From NCBI GenBank assembly GCA_002269645.1, contig NIVC01000556.1, positions 124,001 to 188,000 of the forward strand: DNA of 64,000 bases, written 5' to 3'. Under the pieces are notes generated by a model. The model had not been told where the DNA came from, did not search any database, and saw only the letters and a list, made by a program, of their open reading frames with translations. Positions 57,201 through 64,000 of the stretch are shown piece by piece (the stretch's first letter is position 1; every line of letters begins with the position of its first letter). The translations under genes and the position numbers were made by a program. Origin of the DNA: Macrostomum lignano (lineage: Eukaryota).

Positions 57201-59031
57201 CAATACATGAAGCTATATTTTTGCATGTCCAATTGTCTATGGTTATTCAGTAGTGAATTCAACAATACATGAAGCTATATTTTGCATGTCCAATTGTCTA
57301 TGGTTATACAGTAGTGAATTCAACAATACAAGAAACTATATTTTGCATGTCCAATTGTCTATGGTTATTCAGCAGTGAATTCAACAATACATGAAGCTAT
57401 ATTTTGCATGTCCCATTGTGTATGGTTATTCAGTAGTGAATTCAACAATACATGAAGCTATATTTTTGCATGTCCAATTGTGTATGGTTATTCAGTAGTG
57501 AATTCAACAATACATGAAGCTATATTTTGCATGTCCAATTGTCTATGGTTATGCAGTAGTGAATTCAACAATACATGAAGCTATATTTTGCATGTCCAAT
57601 TGTCTATGGTTATTCAGCAGTGAATTCAACAATACATGAAGCTATATTTTGCATGTCCAATTGTCTATGGTTATACAGTAGTGAATTCAACAATACATGA
57701 AGCTATATTTTGCATGTCCAATTGTCTATGGTTATACAGTAGTGAATTCAACAATACATGAAGCTATATTTTGCATGTCCAATTGTCTATGGTTATACAG
57801 TAGTGAATTCAACAATACATGAAGCTATATTTTGCATGTCCAATTGTCTATGGTTATACAGTAGTGAATTCAACAATACATGAAGCTATATTTTTGCATG
57901 TCCAATTGTCTATGGTTATTCAGTAGTGAATTCAACAATACATGAAGCTATATTTTGCATGTCCAATTGTCTATGGTTATGCAGTAGTGAATTCAACAAT
58001 ACATGAAGCTATATTTTGCATGTCCAATTGTCTATGGTTATTCAGCAGTGAATTCAACAATACATGAAGCTATATTTTGCATGTCCAATTGTGTATGGTT
58101 ATTCAGTAGTGAATTCAACAATACATGAAGCTATATTTTGCATGTCCAATTGTCTATGGTTATACAGTAGTGAATTCAACAATACATGAAGCTATATTTT
58201 GCATGTCCAATTGTCTATGGTTATACAGTAGTGAATTCAACAATACATGAAGCTATATTTTGCATGTCCAATTGTCTATGGTTATTCAGTAGTGAATTCA
58301 ACAATAGATGAAGCTATATTTTGCATGTCCAATTGTCTATGGTTATACAGTAGTGAATTCAACAATACATGAAGCTATATTTTGCATGTCCAATTGTCTA
58401 TGGTTATTCAGCAGTGAATTCAACAATACATGAAGCTATATTTTGCATGTCCAATTGTGTATGCTTATTCAGTAGTGAATTCAACAATACATGAAGCTAT
58501 ATTTTGCTTGTCCAATTGTCTATGGTTATGCAGTAGTGAATTCAACAATACATGAAGCTATATTTTGCATGTCCAATTGTCTATGGTTATACAGTAGTGA
58601 ATTCAACAATACATGAAGCTATATTTTGCATGTCCAATTGTCTATGGTTATACAGTAGTGAATTCAACAATACATGAAGCTATATTTTGCATGTCCAATT
58701 GTCTATGGTTATTCAGTAGTGAATTCAACAATACATGAAGCTATATTTTGCATGTCCAATTGTCTATGGTTATACAGTAGTGAATTCAACAATACATGAA
58801 GCTATATTTTGCATGTCCAATTGTCTATGGTTATTCAGCAGTGAATTCAACAATACATGAAGCTATATTTTTGCATGTCCAATTGTCTATGGTTATTCAG
58901 TAGTGAATTCAACAATACATGAAGCTATATTTTGCATGTCCAATTGTCTATGGTTATACAGTAGTGAATTCAACAATACATGAAGCTATATTTTGCATGT
59001 CCAATTGTCTATGGTTATTCAGTAGTGAATT
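54279..59031. repeat. 61-bp satellite array, about 78 copies
   Basis: Unit tatattttgcatgtccaattgtctatggttatacagtagtgaattcaacaatacatgaagc (register shifts 1 nt per 60-nt line). Very homogeneous; each unit carries GAATTC and CAATTG. Confidence 0.98.
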
Positions 59032-59761
59032 AAGCGCAGTATATATTAAGAAAACTCTGATTTGAATAAATTTCAGCTGTTTAAAGCAAATTTATTCTTA
59101 CATTTTAAAGAGATCCGAGATCTGCATTTATTTAGTTTAAATATTGTTTAAATTTTAAACAAGAGCTTAAAGTTTAGACGAATGGTTAACTATAGAAAAA
59201 ACTTTTAATAGCAATTACGCTCGTAGTAAATAGAAAAAAACGAAAAAAGAAACACTTAGCTAGAGACACAGAAAATTGACAAGATCGCATGCAAACTATA
59301 TGCGCATAATACTACTGCCGTTGAGTTATACAGTAGGAACACTATACTAATGCAAATATATGACAATTGCAACACAAAGCACTGCAAGCAGAGTAAAGAA
59401 AAAGCAAACAGAAAATTGTCAATATTCTAATAAATAAATTCGAGATAAAAGTCTACTAAAATTGCAATAAAAGATTGTAACTAACTGAATGAATTACCAC
59501 AGTGGAGTAAGTAGAGTACACTAGAATAAAAAACAGAAGCTGCCGAGCAAATATTATAATAATTTGCTTTTTAAAATCACATAACTTACGTAGTTGTGTG
59601 TTGTAAATGAAGTGACTAGAAATAATAGGGTTTTGTTAAAGGCGTGCCAGCTGACACCAATATAAGTATCCGTGACACCCCTGACACAAGATGGAGAACT
59701 CGACAACACAATATGAAACCTCTGACATACAATATAGAGCCACTGAAACAATATTGCAACT

Positions 59762-60455
59762 GCTGACACAATACAGAGCCAGAGCCACTGACACAATACA
59801 GAACCCCTGACACACAGTTCAGAACCCCTGACACACAATACAGAGCCACTGACACACAATACAGAGCCAGAGCCCCTGACACACAATACAGAGCCAGAGC
59901 CCCTGACACACAATACAGAGCCCCTGACACACAATACAGAGCCCCTGACACACAATACAGAGCCCCTGACACAGTACAGAGCCACTGACACACAATACAG
60001 AGCCACTGACACAATACAGAACCCCTGACACACAATACAGAGCCCCTGACACAGTACAGAGCCACTGACACACAATACAGAGCCCTGACACACAATACAG
60101 AGCCACTGACACACAATACAGAGCCCCTGACACACAATACAGAGCCACTGACACACAATACAGAGCCACTGACACACAATACAGAGCCAGAGCCCCTGAC
60201 ACACAATACAGAGCCCCTGACACACAATACAGAGCCCCTGACACACAATACAGAGCCCCTGACACAGTACAGAGCCACTGACACACAATACAGAGCCACT
60301 GACACAATACAGAACCCCTGACACACAATACAGAGCCACTGACACACAATACAGAGCCACTGACACACAATACAGAATGCTTGACACACAATACAGAGCC
60401 CCTGACACACAATACAGAATCCCTGACACACAATACAGAACCGCTGACACACAAT
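59762..60455. repeat. ~22-bp minisatellite (ctgacacacaatacagagcccc) with length variants
   Basis: Directly visible; source of the Cys/Val-rich ORFs. Confidence 0.95.
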
Positions 60456-60652
60456 ATACAAAACCACCGACACGATACGGAGCTCTTGACAAGTATTTTT
60501 ACTGTTCATTAGGTAAACTCATTTGCGATAGATAGCTACACTGTACACAGAGACAGATAGGATGGAAGCCATATTTGAAATAGAGTTGCATTAGCTATGG
60601 AAAACATGGAAGATTGTATAGCTTTTTGAGACAATAGCTGGTAGACAGTAAT

Positions 60653-61088
60653 TCATTTAAGTCCGGAAGTTGAACCGCCACAATTCTGCCCATTGCCCAA
60701 TCGACCATTGTTATTATTTAGCTGTTGTTGCTGATAAAAAGAGCCGGACTCTGTAGCTGGTTCTGCATCAGCGATGGCGGAGGCTGCAGCGGCAGCTCTA
60801 GCCATCTGTGATCGAGTTCGCACAGTTGACGGATGCTCGGAGCCGAGGCTAATCGCGTAGATTTCTGTCGCTCGTCTGTAGTGATTCGATGCTTCCGTTG
60901 CTCGACCCTGTATGGGGGTTACATTTATGGTAATTTTCACAACTATTTAGCGGGATATTCATAGAATTTATAGAGGTTACAGTTTTCTGGGGCAGCAGAA
61001 TTTTGTACTTTTAGCTAGAATGGTTATCTCTTCATTGTTGGGTTGTTTCAAATAGTGAATGTATAGATAGATAGATAGATAGATAGAC

Positions 61089-61120
<32 letters not shown>

Positions 61121-61121
61121 G

Positions 61122-61156
<35 letters not shown>

Positions 61157-61177
61157 GGATAGATAGATAGATAGATG

Positions 61178-61222
<45 letters not shown>

Positions 61223-61265
61223 ATAGACAGATAGATAGAAAGAAGATAGATAGATAGATAGATAG

Positions 61266-61324
<59 letters not shown>

Positions 61325-63544
61325 TAGATAGATAGATGGATAGATAGATAGACAGATAGACAGACACATAGATAGCATTGGCAGATAACACTCACTTGAC
61401 TCAAGCACAGCGCCGCTAATCCGCACAGCTGCCTAGCAACATCCGGATGCTGGTTACCGAGTAGCGACTCCCTAATAGCCAGAGCTCTCGCACAGAGCGA
61501 CTCGGCCACAGCTGGCCGGCCCATTCTGCCTTGCAGCGCGGCCAGATTAGTGAGGCTGGCGGCCACCGCCGGACTGTCGTTACCGTAGGCCCGTTCCCGG
61601 ATGCGCAGCGATTCGGAGCAGAGCGCCGCTGCTTCGGCTAGACGGCCGCGTCGACGACTGACGCTAGAGGCGAGGCTTAACGCGGCCGCCAGATCGGGAT
61701 GCTCCGGACCGGGGTCGCGTCGGAGCTGCGCCAAGGAGCGCTGGCAGAGCGCGGCGGCGAGGTCCAGACGGCCAAGACTGACGCACTGACCAACCTGCGC
61801 GTTTAGTAGTACCCGTCTTAGAGACATTCCCAGGTAACTAATTAAGTTTTGAGGGCCTCTTTGAGCCCTCTATATCCTGCAGTAGATTCTCAGTCGGCTT
61901 TACAATTACCCGCTTCTTCAGTCAACGCTGCAAAACCCCTTTAAATTATGTAGTCACTTAGTTAGTTTGCAAGGGGACTTTATAGGGGCGGATTTAATTG
62001 GAGGGGCGGCCGCCTTCCCCTTGTGGCTGGCAATGATGGCGCCCCTTTTCCATTTGTGCTGGCAGTCTCAATATTATCATATTCAGAACTATAAAACTTT
62101 GAATGGACGGAGTTATTAAATCCGAAACAGGGAAAGAGACACAGTAGTGCCAGAAAAACAAAAGCATAGAAGTTGCCTCGCTAACTTCATGCTATTAGAT
62201 CAGGTAGTCATCAAAAAAGGTCCTTATCGCCTTCAGTTTGCTCATTATGGCGCCCCTCTCGTGTACATTATGGTGTCCCTCTAGTGTACATTATGGTGTC
62301 CCTCTAGTGTATATTATGGCGCCCCTCTAGTGTACATTATGGTGTCCCTCTAGTGTACATTATGGTGTCCCTCTAGTGTACATTATGGTGTCCCTCTAGT
62401 GTATATTATGGCGCCCCTCTAGTGTACATTATGGTGTCCCTCTAGTGTACATTATGGTGTCCCTCTAGTGTACATTATGGTGTCCCTCTAGTGTACATTA
62501 TGGTGTCCCTCTAGCGTACATTATGGCGCCCCTCTAGTGTACATTATGGTGTCCCTCTAGTGTACATTATGGCGCCCCTCTAGTGTACATTATGGCGCCC
62601 CTCTAGTGTACATTATGGTGTCCCTCTAGTGTACATTATGGTGTCCCTCTAGTGTACATTATGGTGTCCCTCTAGTGTACATTATGGTGTCCCTCTAGCG
62701 TACATTATGGCGCCCCTCTAGTGTACATTATGGTGTCCCTCTAGTGTACATTATGGCGCCCCTCTAGTGTACATTATGGCGCCCCTCTAGTGTACATTAT
62801 GGTGTCCCTCTAGTGTACATTATGGTGTCCCTCTAGTGTATAATGTAGCCTAGCACCCACACTCTTATGGTAAAAATCCGCCGTTTCCGCATTTTATATT
62901 TCAAAATCCGCCTCTGGGACTTTAAGCGAGAAGCCAGAAGGCAAGTAGAAATGACCATGACCAACGCACACGCTCACACGGGCTTTTACAACGGCCCTGA
63001 GTTTCTGCTATCACTCAAGCAATATCCTGTGTCCAAACCTCACCATTCGATGCAAGCTTCTTAGTCGGACTGGCACACCCTCGGAATCCGCGGAATCCAG
63101 CGAAGCAAATGAGGACAAAGGAGTAGCGGCTGAAGCGGAATTGCTGGACACGGCAGCCACAGATGCAGTTGACGTCGCCGATGATCCTTCAAATTTTGCT
63201 GACGAATCGCTTGGACCAACTTTTCCACTGCCATTAGGGGCACAACGATAATTCTTTAACTCGCGCAGAAATCTTAACTGTTCGCATTCGACATCAACTT
63301 CGGCGGCTCTGCATTCCGTTTGACGCAGGGCGTCCTGTGCGTCGGTTAGACTGCAACGTAGGCTGGCATTCTCGCGCGCTAAAGAGCGCGCTTGGGCGCG
63401 CAGTTCGGCACGCTGAGACTCTAACTGCAGGATGCGTTCGGCTGACACAGCCAATAACTGGGCTGCATCGGATGCCTCTGAAGCTGAAGTTGATGAACTA
63501 AACTCCTTCAGGTGCTCAACAACTGAGCAAGCTGTATGGAGAAG
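60653..63544 (-). CDS. Divergent kinesin-light-chain-like protein (heptad repeat + about 4 TPRs); N-terminus not resolved
   Basis: Exons 63544-63044, 61794-61396 and 60907-60653 (TAA), phase 0-0. [23 protein letters not shown] aligns with KLC [22 protein letters not shown]; [11 protein letters not shown] with IPARLRTLHNL; [22 protein letters not shown] with KRALEIREKVLGKDHPDVAKQL. Confidence 0.85.
61065..61372. repeat. (GATA)n microsatellite in a KLC-like intron
   Basis: Directly visible. Confidence 0.97.
61983..62916. mobile_element. hAT-type non-autonomous element (934 bp) with 8-bp TSD GGACTTTA and internal 23-bp minisatellite
   Basis: TSD at 61975-61982 and 62917-62924. TIRs TAGGGGCGGATTT and CAGAGGCGGATTT (11/13 match). 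Internal (tctagtgtacattatggtgtccc)n at ~62250-62845. Confidence 0.85.
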
Positions 63545-64000
63545 CTGTTGCAAATCAGACTGAAATATCAGTTTAATTGCAATTTCACTTTAATAGAAAC
63601 CTGATGATAATTTGCAGGAAGCTGAAAAACAAACTGAATCCAATTGACAAAAAGTACCTAAAAACAAATTAAATTAATTTTTTTGTATGAAAAAGTTGCT
63701 GAAACAAAAAATTAACTAATTTATAAGTCTAACTATAAATTCATTTGAAAAAAAACCTTTGTTATAAAAAAATTACGAGGAATGTAACTTTTCATAGTTT
63801 AAATCACCATTTGTTATAAAGCTACGATTTAGGCTAAATATTCATTTTATAAAATAGATTTAAATCGATATAACCTACTATCAAAATCAAAAGAAATTAC
63901 AAATAATACAAATACTAGGCCTATAAAACCCACCCATATGAGTCATGGAGTTATAAGCTTTAAAGTTTGCTAAATTTGCAGTGCCAAAACTTGAGATTTG

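Noticed and set aside
54279-59031. CRISPR-like array
   Set aside because: Units are contiguous near-identical 61-mers with no unique spacers, there are no cas genes, and the context is eukaryotic.
59554-60509. Cys-rich keratin- or metallothionein-like ORFs
   Set aside because: They derive from a ~22-bp minisatellite with frame-shifting unit variants.

Overview
Eukaryotic (animal) genomic DNA with GT-AG introns and very dense micro- and minisatellites. The overall style resembles the flatworm Macrostomum, but that is an inference. There are no prokaryotic features. Five spliced genes were reconstructed by hand using exon phase checks: (1) a stomatin/MEC-2-like gene (+) with at least two alternative first exons; (2) an orphan 852-aa Q/A/S-rich protein (-); (3) a 612-aa non-alpha nicotinic acetylcholine receptor-like subunit with a long Cys-less loop C (+); (4) a PAN/apple-like plus ALK/LTK-type glycine-rich-domain protein with no TM or kinase (-); (5) a divergent, shortened kinesin-light-chain-like gene (-). 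Mobile DNA includes a solo LTR, a hAT-type MITE carrying a minisatellite, a CORE-SINE remnant and a 5'-truncated LINE with a 13-bp TSD. The most notable element is an intact single-ORF Ingi/I-group LINE (46494-50928, -) inserted in a (CCAA)n microsatellite inside an intron of gene 4, in the same orientation as the host. It has a candidate HDV/CPEB3-like ribozyme overlapping its start codon, a 2A/StopGo-like motif carrying an NPGP>NLGP change, then PHD-APE-RT-RNaseH-CCHC domains. It has no 3' UTR, and its (CAA)4 tail merges into the target repeat. A 4.75-kb array of a 61-bp satellite lies at 54279-59031.
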